Assembly: GCA_036172245.1 (NCBI GenBank)
Contig: JAYWIR010000009.1
Location: 2,294,001 to 2,358,000 of the forward strand
Length of the DNA: 64,000 nucleotides
DNA from: Raillietiella orientalis
Lineage: Eukaryota
Direction: 5' to 3'
Both the position numbers and the translations under genes were made by a program. This document shows positions 24,699-36,930 of the stretch, piece by piece. Positions within the stretch are counted from its first letter, which is position 1. The number at the start of each line of letters is the position of its first letter. The notes under the pieces are model-generated. The model saw only the letters and a program-made list of their open reading frames with translations, had not been told where the DNA came from and did no database searches.

Positions 24699-25029
24699 GA
24701 TTCTCTCATCAAGAGGGCTTTGCAGGCAGAGAATACCGAATGAGCAGTCTCGTCTGAGCACGAGGAATGTGGAAATGGATGCTCTTGCAGGCACGAGTGC
24801 AACTCTTGGACGTTCCGGGCTGGGCTTTGCATCTGGCGAGCGAGAAATCCCGTCCTTGCGGCTCCGTGTGTGGGGAGCTGAAAGGTTCTGCCTGAAGTAA
24901 AAGTTAGTGCCGGAAGCAAAGACGCCGCCTGGAGAGCCATGCGTGCAAATGAAGCCAAAGCCTGCAATCTGACCAAGTGGTCCTGCAGAACGAGGCATCA
25001 AACGGAACCATCAGTTTCCATCAGAGCAC

Positions 25030-26300
25030 AGAACCGAGCTCGGCTTTCAGAGTGGGTCTCTTATGGTAGCTCGCCGATGTGATAAACAGGACATCCCCAG
25101 CAGGAAACAAATTTCTGGTTCTCTTTTGCCAATGCCAGTTGGACCAAATTATCCAATTAGCAGCTAAGTGAAGAGGAAAGATACGTTGATGAAAAGCATT
25201 CCCTGAAGGGAGAGATCTTCTTATAGAGAACAAAGGTATGTCTGGTTTGAGTTTCCCAAAGCGTGTAAACTGATGAGTCAGTGTGGGGGAGCATGACTAC
25301 TCTTTGGATGGATCAGGAATTGAAAATTTGCTCGGGGACCGACGAGAAGAGTAGGGCACGTGGATGCCCACGTCTTCGTGCTGATGCACGTCTCGATGAA
25401 ACGACCAACCCTGGGAGCAATCCATAGCCACAGCGGAACTCTTCCCATCTCACCACTTCCACTCATCCCCTTGGTGAAGAAACGCCGTTCATCGAGCAGC
25501 TTTTGGTGTGTTTTGTCTTGAAAGCGCCGGCTCGAACGAGGCGTGGGTTTCCACTGGAATCCCCTTAGATCCTCATGTTGCTGGGATGCTGGGTTCTTAT
25601 CAAGAATACTGTGGAACCAGAGCATGCGCTCCTACTACACGAAAGGCAGCCATGAAGAGCTTTCATACGTCGTCTCCTTGAAGCCACATCTTCGGGTTTC
25701 TTTCGTTAGGGAAGCTTCAGCTTTTCTCCTGGGGGAGGGGGGTGGAGGAAATGCAAAACATTTGGAGAAGGAGCTGCGAGTGGAGAAAAAGTGCGGCGGA
25801 ACATCCCATCGAATCGTCATCCATCCCTTACGGCCGTGGATGAGCTCACATTGTCTCGGGGTATGCGTTGCTAAACTGACCACTGATCCAACGCGGGCGG
25901 CAGGCAGGTGGGTCGCAAATCTCGCAAGATTAAACTGTTTGTGACCGTCAAGTTTCTCTTTTCGGGCCAAGAAATCCATCTGGAACCAGAGCTCGCAGGG
26001 CGTCTTGAATGCAGAAGAAAAAACGCACTACGGAATGGAAAGAGTAGCAGTGCGGGAGCTGAGGCCATCTGACCCAGGTCTGCGAATCCATTCAGGAAGA
26101 TGCACCCGGGAGACTGCGGAGATCAAAAGACCAGTCCTCCACCGTTATGATAATCAGGTAATTAAAACGAAGGGTTCTAGAAACTTCAACCTGGAAGAGA
26201 ATAATGGTTTTCGCCTGGAGCAAGAGAGATTGAATGTTTCCAGAGTTTGGATTGTTCTCCTTTTTGCATGCCCCTTGCTCTGCACATCGCAACATCTCAT
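25030..26300 (+). mobile_element. Decayed piggyBac transposase remnant
   Basis: 'YVDEK..FPEGR' (VDE..FKGR), 'TAVDEL' (GGVD) and the tail 'LDCSPFCMP' (CxxxLCxxPCF). Confidence 0.45.
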
Positions 26301-27089
26301 CGCATTCTTTTCTGAATAATGCAAAAGCTTAATTAAGCGATCTTCCCTAATGATGGGTTCATCTTTCTCCTCCCTGACGACTTCCGAGCATCAGAAGCAT
26401 GGAAGCACCCAACTCCGGGAAGACGCGCGCGCGGAACCGCTTCAGTCCGGGAGTCCGAAAGAGAATTCCGTGACTTTCCATTGATGAGCGCGGGTTCCGC
26501 CGATGCAAATGCAGCCAGCCTCCGTCCCTAAAGACGAAAGAGCTCAGAGGGAAGAATGTCCTCTTAAGATCTCCTGGCGTGCGTGCGAAGACAGGTCTGC
26601 CCACCGTCACCATGGCATTCTGGAGAGCAGCAAGCTGCGGATCGCTTACCTCTAATGCCAGTGCTTCAGCCGGATGCATGTGAAGCTGCTCCGAACTCAC
26701 AAAGTAGCAATCTGCTAGCTTCTTCCAAGGGTTCCTTGGAGGAAAAGTTCCAGGGACGCCGAAGGGCTTTCGAATTAGAAGGCGGAAGCCACACCAGTCG
26801 CTCGCTGAAGAGTTCAGCGTCCTGAAAGCTCACGTCAGCAGGCAGCTGGTTTTTCACCAGGTTTTTGCCAGGGTGCTTATTCTATAAAATAATAAACCTA
26901 CATTTTTGAGGTAGAGCAGCTGGTTCTACCGCGCGCTACAAAAGACACCTCGAGCCTGCCAAGTACCGGTACGCTGGCCGGCGAGGTCTCCTTCGACAGC
27001 GAAAGGGAAGAAGGGAAGAGAACCAAGAACGAAAACAAGCAAACGAAAGTGAGAAAAGGGAAAGTTTTTCACGGGAAGAGAAGGAATCA

Positions 27090-28130
27090 CAGTTCACTGC
27101 CAGGTGTCTTCCGCTTCCTGTCCAGGACGCTGGCGAGATTGCTCCGTATGTTGCTTAGGTGGGGCCATCTCGAGGCGGTCCTCAAAAACATTCTCGAGCA
27201 GTGGATGGCGTCTTTTCCATTCTATTGTCTTCTTCCTGTGTTCCAAGCCGCCACCATCTCTCGAAGACAGCAGGGAACTGCAGAGGAATGCGGCTGGCGT
27301 CAGTGTGGTACCACGTACGAGGAGACGCTTGAAAATGCCCCTGAGGCCGCCCACCAGGAATCCTGGAGTCACTGCGGGGCGATTCCAAAGGGGTCGGAGA
27401 GCAGCACGGTCCAGCAGCAGGTGCGGGATGGCCTCCTTACCGCTCCTGTGGCATTCCGAGCGTCCACGTTCCTTCCCGTATCCAGAGGTGTCCAGAGACA
27501 CGCTTCGAACAGGATTCTCCCCCCATGCAGCACTAGCAACGCCAACTCCCGCCACCCGAGGGGGAGGGTTCCGCTGCTCCAGCACGCTGGGGGCCACTTC
27601 ACCCCCTCGGGTCACTCCGGGTCGCAGCGTCCGTCACCTTTCGAGCCGCTCACGTCCTCGGAGGTTTCGCCTTTGCCGCTGCACGGCACGTCACTTTCCA
27701 CCTTGCCGGGATGTCCGTTCAGGAGCAGGCAACAAGTAAGACCTTATCCACTCCGGATGTTGGATCACCCACATCTGCCGTTGCTGCTCCAGGGAGATGC
27801 GACGCGGCACGCGTCTGACTCGCTGTAAGCCAATTACGTGGGCACGCAGGAATTCAGTGGCGCGCATGAAAATCTCGAAACCGGCCGGAAATTCTGCCCT
27901 CTGCCCAAGGTCGGTTTGAGGAGTCACACGAAATCATTTCCCGAATTCAAAGTTTGGGATCAGCTCGTCTTCGGGACCCGGAGCGTGCACCGGGGGAGCG
28001 CTGCAACCGGGCTCGCCGGTTCCCCGATTCCTCGAAGATTCCTGGAAGTTTCCGCATTTCATACGGTTCCCGGTTTCGCATTTCCGGTCGAAATCCAGAT
28101 CACGTGGTGGATTGATGGAAAGGGAGAGAA
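27090..28130 (-). mobile_element. Decayed L1/Tx1-type LINE ORF2 C-terminus (zf-RVT region)
   Basis: 'ECHRSGKEAIPHLLLDRAALRPLWN' resembles CxxCG..ETxxHLLxxC....W. Confidence 0.55.
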
Positions 28131-28519
28131 ATTTCGCTCTCCCTGCGCTCCATCGACGGCGCATTTTTCCGTGTATGGGTGAGAATTGTACACGCCGCGT
28201 TTTTTTTTTTTTTTCTCGCACACGCACTGCTTTACAACGCGCAGATGCGTGTTTTTCCATGGAAGAAGGTGGCACTGGTGATCCGTTACGTACCCCCTCT
28301 CCAGAAATAGAAGGGAGATGAGAATATTATCTTCTTATCCTTTCCGTTAGGAAACCCATCCTTCTTTCTGACGACCATCTTTTTTAGCGCATTGCCATGC
28401 GAAGCTTTTGCGGAAGGTTCTAGAAAATCGTTCCGCCGGTAAGGTGACCCTTTTCTTTTTTTTCTCTTTTTCTTTCCGGTTTTGTTTTGTTACTCTCTAG
28501 CCGCTTATTTCCTATTCAG

Positions 28520-29470
28520 ATTCGATGGCCATCGCCGAACAGATTCCGATTCGAATGGACCGCAGTTTAAGATGCGCCTCCCTGTGATGGGGAAATGTGC
28601 GTCACTGCACCTAACACGTGAAATGCAGCCACTGCTCAAGACAGAAGATGCTGGATCATGCCCCTTTTAATAAGGACAAGACCGAATTCCCTATCGCTGC
28701 ATATCCATGCATTTGGTCCCCTTATTTCGTTTCCTACGGAGCCGATGCGCCTTCGTGTTGCAATTATGAGAATCGGTTTCCTTCTTGCATTGATGGCTTC
28801 CCATTCTGAGCAATACTTCGTGAAAGTTTCGGCATGATGACAGTAAGTGACCGTAATTTCGGATCCTACAGAGGGATGAAAGTATTAATCATGCATATGA
28901 CGATGGGCATTTTTCCATGTGGGACATTCACATATCCTGCAGGAAGCAAAACAGTGGACGCACAGGCAGAATTGCTGGGCTGTGTACAGTGTCTTCGTAC
29001 ACCCGTCGTTTCGCTCGCACTTGGTTTCAGAACAAGATGGAGTGGCTTCGGCCGGCACAAATGAACAACAAACAAGGTGTACAGCATGCAAAAGTATGAG
29101 CAGGAAGGTCCAACAAGATGACGAATGTTCAGAAGATTGGTAAACCAAAGAGATCAGTTCATGGATTTGACCACCTGAAGGACGACGAGAGGGCGTATGA
29201 GCAGCAAAAGAACACACCAACCCTGACGTGTTCTTCAGCTTTCAAGGAACACCTTGATCATGTGGGAGGGACTCCTCGTGCTAAAGTATCAACAGCAGCT
29301 TTGAGGTTTGATCGCAATGTGCCTCCAGGACTATTAAGCGACAGCGACGAAACCCGAAGAGTTAGAATCCACTTTGACACAAATCAATTTGTTCAGGGAA
29401 ATTGGAAGCGCGTGCGCTACGGTCAGCCATCGCTGTGGGGCAATCATCTAAGGAAGTGCGTGACGTGAGA
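28520..29470 (+). mobile_element. Decayed piggyBac transposase remnant
   Basis: 'VSDRNFGSY...MGIFPCGT' (DNxFTS...GIxxCGT), 'VHGFDHLKD..AY' (MGGVD..D...Y) and the tail 'RKCVT'. Confidence 0.55.
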
Positions 29471-29678
29471 GCGCTTCTCGGCTCCCCTTTTGAAGTAGGG
29501 GGAGCCGAACCGGATGCCCCACCGGGAACAGGAAGGAAAACGATACGCTTTAGTCCTTTGATATCGGAGTCAACGTCTCTCAGTGGCAACACGTAATAGG
29601 GTCGTGTGTGAAAGCACGCTGGGGTACCTAGTTGGTCCAGAAGTGCTTGTCTGTGGCAGCACACCTCTTTCCAAAACT

Positions 29679-29989
29679 TTCATAATAAGGGAGCTGCTTT
29701 TCCGGAGCTGCAAGAAGGCTTTCCACTTCCTGGATGCTGAACTTTAGTGTTCTGCAGAATTCGTTTCTTTGTCGAAAAGATTGATGACTACGACGCCGTT
29801 GCATCTCCCTCGTGTTCCTAATCATAACGGATGCACTTCTCTCCGGGATTTCCTTAATTATCTCTGGGATCATTTCCTTAATTATCGCATCCTTCACTTA
29901 TCATTCCTGAAACACACAGGTGCATTTCGGGACGGAGTTTTTGGTTTGCTCTTCGCCGAGCCTTGGGGGTTGGGGGGGAGGGGAGGGGC
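29679..29989 (-). repeat. ~310-bp dispersed repeat, copy B (inverted relative to copy A)
   Basis: Reverse complement matches 24392-24698. Confidence 0.92.
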
Positions 29990-30599
29990 TTGAAAAAGCA
30001 GGGTGCCTGAATTATGGAAAGCACGGTTCAGCGAGCAGGTGAGCTGCATTTTTCTACAAGTTGAGAAAATGTGTTGCACTCATTATTAGGTTTTCAAGTG
30101 GGTTTCGATTCATAAACTGACGTCATTCTCTAAGGCCGTCCCATCTACATCTCTTCGTCTTGAGTTGCTGGTGAGAGAGAAGAAGAAGCAAAGCCCAGAT
30201 TGTCAACAGATTCGTCTTCAGTAGCAAATTGCTTGAACTGGCTCTGAGGTTGCCGTCAGACTTGCATGCAAACTAAACATTCACGGTGCTTGTGAATTCT
30301 TGTGGAACTATATAACAGTTGTCTGTGGAAACTCTTCCACTCTCCTCCTGCTATCCGTTGTTCAAACTCACACCAGGAGAGGAAGTCTCTTCAAAGATGG
30401 GGCATTTTCTTGGTCTTAAGGGTAGCATCCGGTGGTGCCCATTTCGTCTGCTTTTCAGTTGTACAACCCAGACCAGACCGAAGCATTTTCTCATCGATCT
30501 GATATAAAGGGGTAAACAAAAACAAAAAACACGCAAAAGTTCAGTTTAAAAAACGCTGGAGGGGAAGGGAAGACATCACAGATTTCTTCCTGGCAGCGT

Positions 30600-31600
30600 C
30601 CTCAGCATTCTCTGGAGAATGTTGGCAACTTCTTCCTTTCGTTCGCAGAGATGTGGCCATCCTGTAGTCTTCCTCACTAAGAAGCAGACGATTGCGATGA
30701 CGTCACCGTTCGACTGACCTCTTTCGGAGCGGCTTCTCGCCGCCCCGATCCCACGAAGGCCCCACGGAGTTGCGAAGGAAGCTGAGGGCGACATGGAGTC
30801 GCGAGCGAAGAGGCGTCGAAAGACCTCTCTGTCATTGTCCACCGGGAATGGGCAGGCCGCAGCGGAGCATTCCCGAACACTCAGGAGGGCGACGCAGTCC
30901 AGGAACAGGTGAGGGAAGGTTTTCCGTTTCCCGCACCGGACAAAGTCCGCGATCGCATTTCCCCTCGTCCATTGGTGGACTGGTGCGCTCCATGGGATCT
31001 CCCAGTGCAACAACTCCGGTACCAAGTCCTGACACTTCGCTGTGGGGAGATCTCTGTCTCTTCAGGAGGGATGTCCAGGAGCTCCGCAGACTGAAGAATT
31101 CCTCTGGGGAGGGAGGAGGGGGTATATGGGTCAGCCAGTTGACGCGCCGTCCAGCATCCCAGCTGCTTCCTCTTTCCTGCGATCTCACAGGATCCTTCCC
31201 ATCTTTCAAGGCCATTGCTATTTTCACTCTGCTGGATTGTGTTGAGCGTGGCTGCAAGTGGGGCTTTCCTTGGGAAGTCCATGATTTCCTGCAGCGAGCA
31301 TCATTCGGGAATCGCGGGCATCGCGATTGCCCTGGGCTCGTGCTGTTTCTTTTCGCCGACATCTGAACCGTTTCCTGTTTCCGGGCACTACAGCTGGCGG
31401 GGGCGGCAGGAAAATCCATCTCCTGGACCAAGGCAACCAACAATTTGACCCGAGTCGGGACCCGCATCGGGGGCAACTCTCAATGGCCATGCACGAGGAA
31501 CCTACCGAGTCCCTCGGCCCTGGCTGCCCGCTTGGCCACGAGTCTGGCTGGAACGCATCAGTGGGTGGTCCAGAGCTTCGACGCTTGGACTAACCCTCTT
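30600..31600 (-). mobile_element. Decayed L1/Tx1-type LINE ORF2 C-terminus
   Basis: 'ELLHWEIP...FVRCGKRKTFPHLFLDC' matches LLHxxLP...CxxCG..ETxxHLFxxC. Confidence 0.65.
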
Positions 31601-31749
31601 CACTTTCGACGTTCTTTTGAACGCAAGCCTGCGGCAGCGTTCTTTTATGAACGAATCGCTCCTACCGGATTCTCAGAACCAGCACTCTTAATTAGAGGAA
31701 AACGTCACCTAAGCTCTAATTAGGATCTGAATCTCCCACGCTAGTGCAA

Positions 31750-32220
31750 GCTTAAAGAATAGCTTCTGCAGAGCGACACGTCTTGTAAACCAAAGCATAA
31801 CATTCAGCTGCTTCTATATGACTTTGGAATTTGACTTACAGCCATCCTCCTTAGGCATCTGTTTGGAACGGATGTGTTCCTCTTCTGCCATAAATTCGGA
31901 TGCTGCCAGGAGTTCTTCCACCATGATCACGTAAATAATTTCAAAGACCCACGGTGCTATAACTGTACACAGGAACTCCAGGCATGCAGCTCGACCGATA
32001 GAGCCATATAGACATGCTGATGCATGCACTGATGATGAGGCAAACTAATCTTCCTTCTAACTAGAACGTGGCGTCCTGAAGATCTACGCAGGCATTCAAT
32101 GTCGATGTTCCACAGCCTCCATAAATTGCCACATCTGTTTTTAGGATTTATACCCCGTTTTTCTGGGATATTTTTGATGACGAAGGGTGCTTTTATGAAG
32201 CGTTGTGATTGATACATTGC
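31750..32220 (-). mobile_element. Decayed piggyBac transposase C-terminal remnant
   Basis: 'IKAPFVIKNIPEKRGIN' (P.VI..YN..KGGVD) and the tail 'GCKSNSKVI*KQLNVMLWF' (GCK....CxKCNVxLC). Confidence 0.55.
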
Positions 32221-32640
32221 CTCACCAATATTATTTTGCTGCAGGAGCAGGGTCTTCCGACTGCAAAATCTGCTTTCATCTGAATGGATGCAGATTTGGC
32301 ATCTGAGTGAATACCTCCAAAAAAAAAAAAATGAAGTAAAATCGAGAGCTCTCGAGTACGAAAGTACAGAAAATCCCAGGTTTGAAGAGAGATCTCAGGT
32401 TTGAAAAGTCCTGTTCTCCTTAACTTCTCAGCAGCTGAGCCTCAGACAGAGTGGGCTGTTTCTGCTGGCGTAGGGACGTTGCTCGCCTCGAGAAATCTTC
32501 TCGGTCACGTCCCAAACGTGCCATCCATCCTCACATCCCTTTATGCATGCTTTCATTCCCCTGTTTTCCTATTGTCTTCAAGCAGCGTGAGCCTATGCGA
32601 AAAGAACACGTGATTCTGGCTCTGATTTTCTTTTCAATTA

Positions 32641-32643
<3 letters not shown>

Positions 32644-32702
<59 letters not shown>
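32644..32702. repeat. Compound microsatellite (TA)n(TG)n
   Basis: Directly visible. Confidence 0.97.
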
Positions 32703-32736
32703 ATGCATATCCTCGTATTTTCAGTTACATCGACAG

Positions 32737-32845
32737 TCACTGGACGGGACCGTAAGGTGGGTGATCCAAAAGTTCCCATTTGAATTTCTGAATTGAATGT
32801 GCGGACAGCAGTGCTTGGGCGGGCGCGTTGCCGTGGAGGACAATT
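32737..32845 (-). mobile_element. Mariner transposase fragment (inverted partial copy)
   Basis: 'LHGNAPAQ...KFKWELLDHPPYGP' matches LHDNAxxH...WExLxHPPYSP. Confidence 0.8.
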
Positions 32846-32899
32846 CCGTGGCAAAGTGTTCCACCACAGAATTGCGAATCGATGGTTTGTTCACCAACA

Positions 32900-33185
32900 G
32901 CACACTCTTTTGGTCCCGCACACTGCTGTCCGCACATTCCGGACAAACGGGAACTTTTTGATGACTCACCTCACAGTCCTGACCTCGCGCCCAGTTACTA
33001 CCACGTCTTCCTGGACCTCAAGAAGTGGCTCAACTATCCTAGGGGGAAAGTGAGGGGTGGTAAACTGCAGTGCTGATGAACTGGCTGAACTCCCAGGAGG
33101 CGGAGTTTGTTCCAGAGGGTTTCAAGAAGCTCGTTCCATGGTATCAAAAGTGCTTCGAAATAAATGGCGACTACGTGGAAAAAAG
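32900..33185 (+). mobile_element. Mariner transposase C-terminal remnant
   Basis: 'SPHSPDLAPSYYHVFLDLKKWL' (YSPDLAPSDYHLF) and 'GFKKLVPWYQKCFEINGDYVEK' (canonical mariner end). Confidence 0.88.
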
Positions 33186-34299
33186 AGATACGGGGGGCGC
33201 GTGGGTTTAGAACCGGCAATGCATTTCTGCTTCTCTCACTTGTTCTTCCTTTATATCTGATCGGCTCTGACTTTTGAAATGCTCCTCACATCGAGTGTTT
33301 TCGTGGAATTTTAGAAACACCTTGGCAGTTTGGGCTGCAGCATCAGCACCTGGGAGATAGCACAGGGGAAAGTGAGTGGGCGGCCAAGGCAAGGAATCTC
33401 ATCAATTAGCAGTCAGCCGAAAGCCGTCTTGAAGCTGGGGCATCCCAAAAGAAACCATCTTTTATGTGTCCCGCATCTTCCCAAACCGGTCAGTTACTCC
33501 GACTCAAGAGGTGAACATGTCCCTTGGCGAATGTTTGCTTTGCTAATGACCCCGGCGGAGCATCCCTGCGTCTTCTTATTCCAGCATCAGATTTGATTTG
33601 TTCCGTTTCTTGTCACTGCTCCGTCGGGATTTTGACAAATGGCGCTCTGCCCAACACGCGAGCAGAATTTGCAAGCAATTAATAAATACAGGGAAATCCC
33701 ATATGAAGGTCGATGATGGATGAGAGAAAGCTCGGAGTTCATGAGCCTGGCGCCTTGTACGCAGTGTACTTGAGGAGACACGTCCTGAGGGTTCCGCAAG
33801 TGTACGAAAAAGCGATTTCCTTCAGCCTGACGAGTGGAATTCCACAGCACGCCGCAAATCCGAAAGCGAAACGGCACGCGAGCACGCGCACACTCCAAGC
33901 GCGTGCCCACGTGGACGCACACTTCCTCGCCCTCTCGAGTCATCAAGGGGCTCATGGCTGCCGAGTCCCGCAGCAGCTGCACGCCGCTTCCGCCTCTGAG
34001 AGCGTCTCGAATTGCTGGCATCTGAGAGGGCTTTGCAGAAATTTCGTTTCTCCCTCGCAGGGCGAAAGGCGGCCCTCGAAGTTTTGGCATCGCGAAGACC
34101 AACGTGTGGTACTTCCGCCCGTGATTAATCGCCGAACACAATTCGAACCTTCCGAGAGGGATGCGTGTTGCCTAGCCTCGCCATCCAGAAGCAAGTGACG
34201 CGGAAAGCCCGAACCCCGGCCGAAAGCTCACAGACGCCCAGCAGCGTTTTGTTTTCGCTTGCTGCTTGCTCCTGCTGATGGCACGCAGAGGAGAAACCC

Positions 34300-35190
34300 A
34301 GGCTGTCACTCTGCCGTTTCCAGTTCACTAGGCGATCGGGGACCGCGGAAGCTTCCCAACGACCTATCAGAGTCACCCACCCTATTGGTTCAGTTTCGGA
34401 ACGTGACACAGTGTTCGCTCGAACGGGTCAGATGACTTGGAGGTTGGGCAGTGTAGAGTCACGCGTGTAGTCGGGGACCGTAGAGGCGCCGATTAGGCAG
34501 CTAGGGACGCTTGTACAGTTCGATACCGTACGGTCAGGAGATGCGACGGGAGAGGCAGTTAAAGATACCATTGGTGATTTTCCGAACGTGCGTCGATGAT
34601 TCGCACCTGAATTGGTTCTTCCGTCCCTTCCGCCCTTCTGTTATTCCGCCCATTTCGGGACCCCATGGGGTCCCGAAATGCTCGTGGAGCAAGCAGAAGT
34701 TAGAGCGGTCGCCGTTTTTCAGGTGATTTTGATCTCTTGAGCTCGATCTCGGAGCTGGCTTGTGAGATGACTACCGGAAACTGGACCTCGAGAAGGAAGA
34801 TCATATTTTCCTCGGTGCATGCCGATGGAGAATCGCTGCAGCAGCGAGCGTCATCTGGGGTCGCCTAGCAACGAAATTCTCCAGTTGACGTGCCTCCGCT
34901 CTGGCAACTTTTCTTTCTAAGCGCTCGGTTCTCCTGACCTTTCATGGAGTCAGCAGCACGAACGGAACCTCCGAGATATCTGACGTCACCGCATCATCAT
35001 CGGCTATCTCCTAGGTGTGTTGCTAACCTTCCGTCCCTGCCGTCCTCACGGAAATGAACAGTAGTTGCGATCAAATTGGAATCACTTGATCTCATTTCAT
35101 TTTTTCCTCTTTTCAGAATCGGAATTTGATTGAGTTTTAAATTGAGCTGCTTTTGAGAGTTATCTACAAAACAGCGCATTTCGTGAGTGA
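34300..35190 (+). promoter_or_regulatory. Promoter-like region with a small candidate exon (35117-35182)
   Basis: Inverted CCAAT (ATTGG, ~34384), X-box-like GTCGCCTAGCAAC at 34860-34872 and CRE TGACGTCA at 34981-34988. Strong acceptor TTTTTTCCTCTTTTCAG at 35116 and donor GTGAGT at 35183. Confidence 0.4.
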
Positions 35191-35339
35191 AATGATTAAT
35201 TGCAGTTTCGCGCAGCCATAAACCACACGGCCCTTTAGGATTCATTTCCATTACTTGCTTACTATTTGCTGTCTTAATCCATCCTCAATTCCTCGGAGGC
35301 ATTGCCTTGATTTTCTTTCTCGGCTCCCGAGGCTGACGT

Positions 35340-36930
35340 GTTTCGTCATCCACTGCAAGTCGGAAAATGCGGGAACCTGCGAAATTGTGCCACCCCTTCG
35401 TCCTTGCTGAATTCCAGCAAGCAGGGACAAAGGCTCAAAACTCCTTGGTTTGCCATGGGACTGGCTTTCATTAACTCTCGTCGAGAATGGGGAAGCAAAA
35501 GTTCCATGCGGATTCTTTTCGAATTTTCCAGAGCCTGATTTATGGCGAAATGCGTTTTTCGGATGAAGCGGTTGCGGGGAGGAAGGCGATTTCGACTGCA
35601 GACGCGAAGGAGAGCGAGTTGATGACGCATGATCAGTTGCGAATGCGGTGATGAGTACGGTACAAACTTGTGATGGAAACGCTCCTGGCTGAGACGAGGA
35701 GCATTTCATCTGACTACGCCAGGAAAGGAAACCCAGCATGACATCCTGAGGAGCGCTCATTTCGGTTGGCCTCTGCGTCGATGACAAATGCTCGGATTGC
35801 AACGTCATCTCTTCAGCTTCGAGCTTACGGTAGCATCCGTGAGCTCCTGGCAGTCAGAAAAGCGCATTTGGCAGGCTTGAATTTCTCGAACTGGAATTGA
35901 AATGTACGCTGTGGCCCAGAGACGTAGTGCACGATGACAACCACCACGCAGCACGCGAGAGAGAAACGCAGGAAGAGCCTTTCCACAGTGGTCTCCGTTG
36001 TGGATGACCTGGAAATCATGTGGAAGATTCCCAGCTAGGCGATACTCCCTCCCATCGTTACCACGAGTGGCACATGATGGGAAGTGCAGAACGACTTCAG
36101 TCAAGACGAGCAACCTTGCGAGGAGAGGAAAGCATGAATCTTCAGGTTCGTAAATAAAGTCGACGTGCGGACTGATGAATGAGGTCTTGGTTCCCAAAGA
36201 AATGACATCCTGGAGTCATCCGGTGATCATTACTTCCAGAAAATTCCAATAAGTGAAATAACCGTTTAGGCGCCGTTCCTCATTCTTCGAAGCCTTGATT
36301 GCACTGCAGAAATTCAGAGCTTCCTTACCGAAGAGAAGATGCACAAATCTTTCGTTATTCCGTCGAAGTCCAAGAAAAGTTAAGCTCGAAACAGATCTTC
36401 ATTGATTTCTTGGGGGAAAAGCACGCGGCACTCGATTCACAGACGCTTATCCCGTCGATTTGTTCCTCGTGAGGTGACTTGGAAGCGAAGTGCCGGGTTT
36501 GCAAGCAACCGCTTGCTATGGGCAGAGCTGAATCATTGGGGAATCCAGATTTCCTTCACGGGAACCAAGTTGATCTTCCGTCAATGGACCTCTCAAATGG
36601 CGAATCCCCGAGTTCCGTGCTTCACGAAGTTCGCCCTGTCTCCAAGTTCCGTGCTCCTGAGCGACCTTCTGGTCTCCTCCGGAATTCGAGTGCGCATTTT
36701 TGTTCTTTTCGTCTTTCTTGGCGCTCACACGGGAAGGCCGGAAAAGACTTTCAGCTGCGAGTAATCCGCTTGGAAGCAGTTTCTTCTCCACGAAGCACTC
36801 GCATCACATCCGCTAAAGGGCAATTCCACAACAACGGCAGCATTGTGGCCTTCTGGGGAAACCAAGTTTCCATCAACGTCCACTCCTGTGCAGACCTCGT
36901 CGGAAGAGCTGCTCACGAGAGGCAGCGCCT
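35340..36930 (+). pseudogene. Decayed tandem C2H2 zinc-finger array
   Basis: Repeated broken fingers: 'KCSDCNVISSASSLR*H' (~35786), 'LKCTLWPRD' (~35897), 'NAGRAFPQWSPL' (~35965), 'KTSNLARRGKH' (~36103), 'KCRVCKQ' (36488) and 'HTGRPEKTFSCE*SAWKQFLLHEALASH' (36726). Confidence 0.55.

Noticed and set aside
26350..26830. Possible additional LINE endonuclease fragment (+)
   Set aside because: Only 'EAWKHP' and 'PWH' resemble the motifs, which is too weak to call.
33587..34198. ORFs of 184 aa (-) and 161 aa (+)
   Set aside because: No recognisable domain or convincing splice context.
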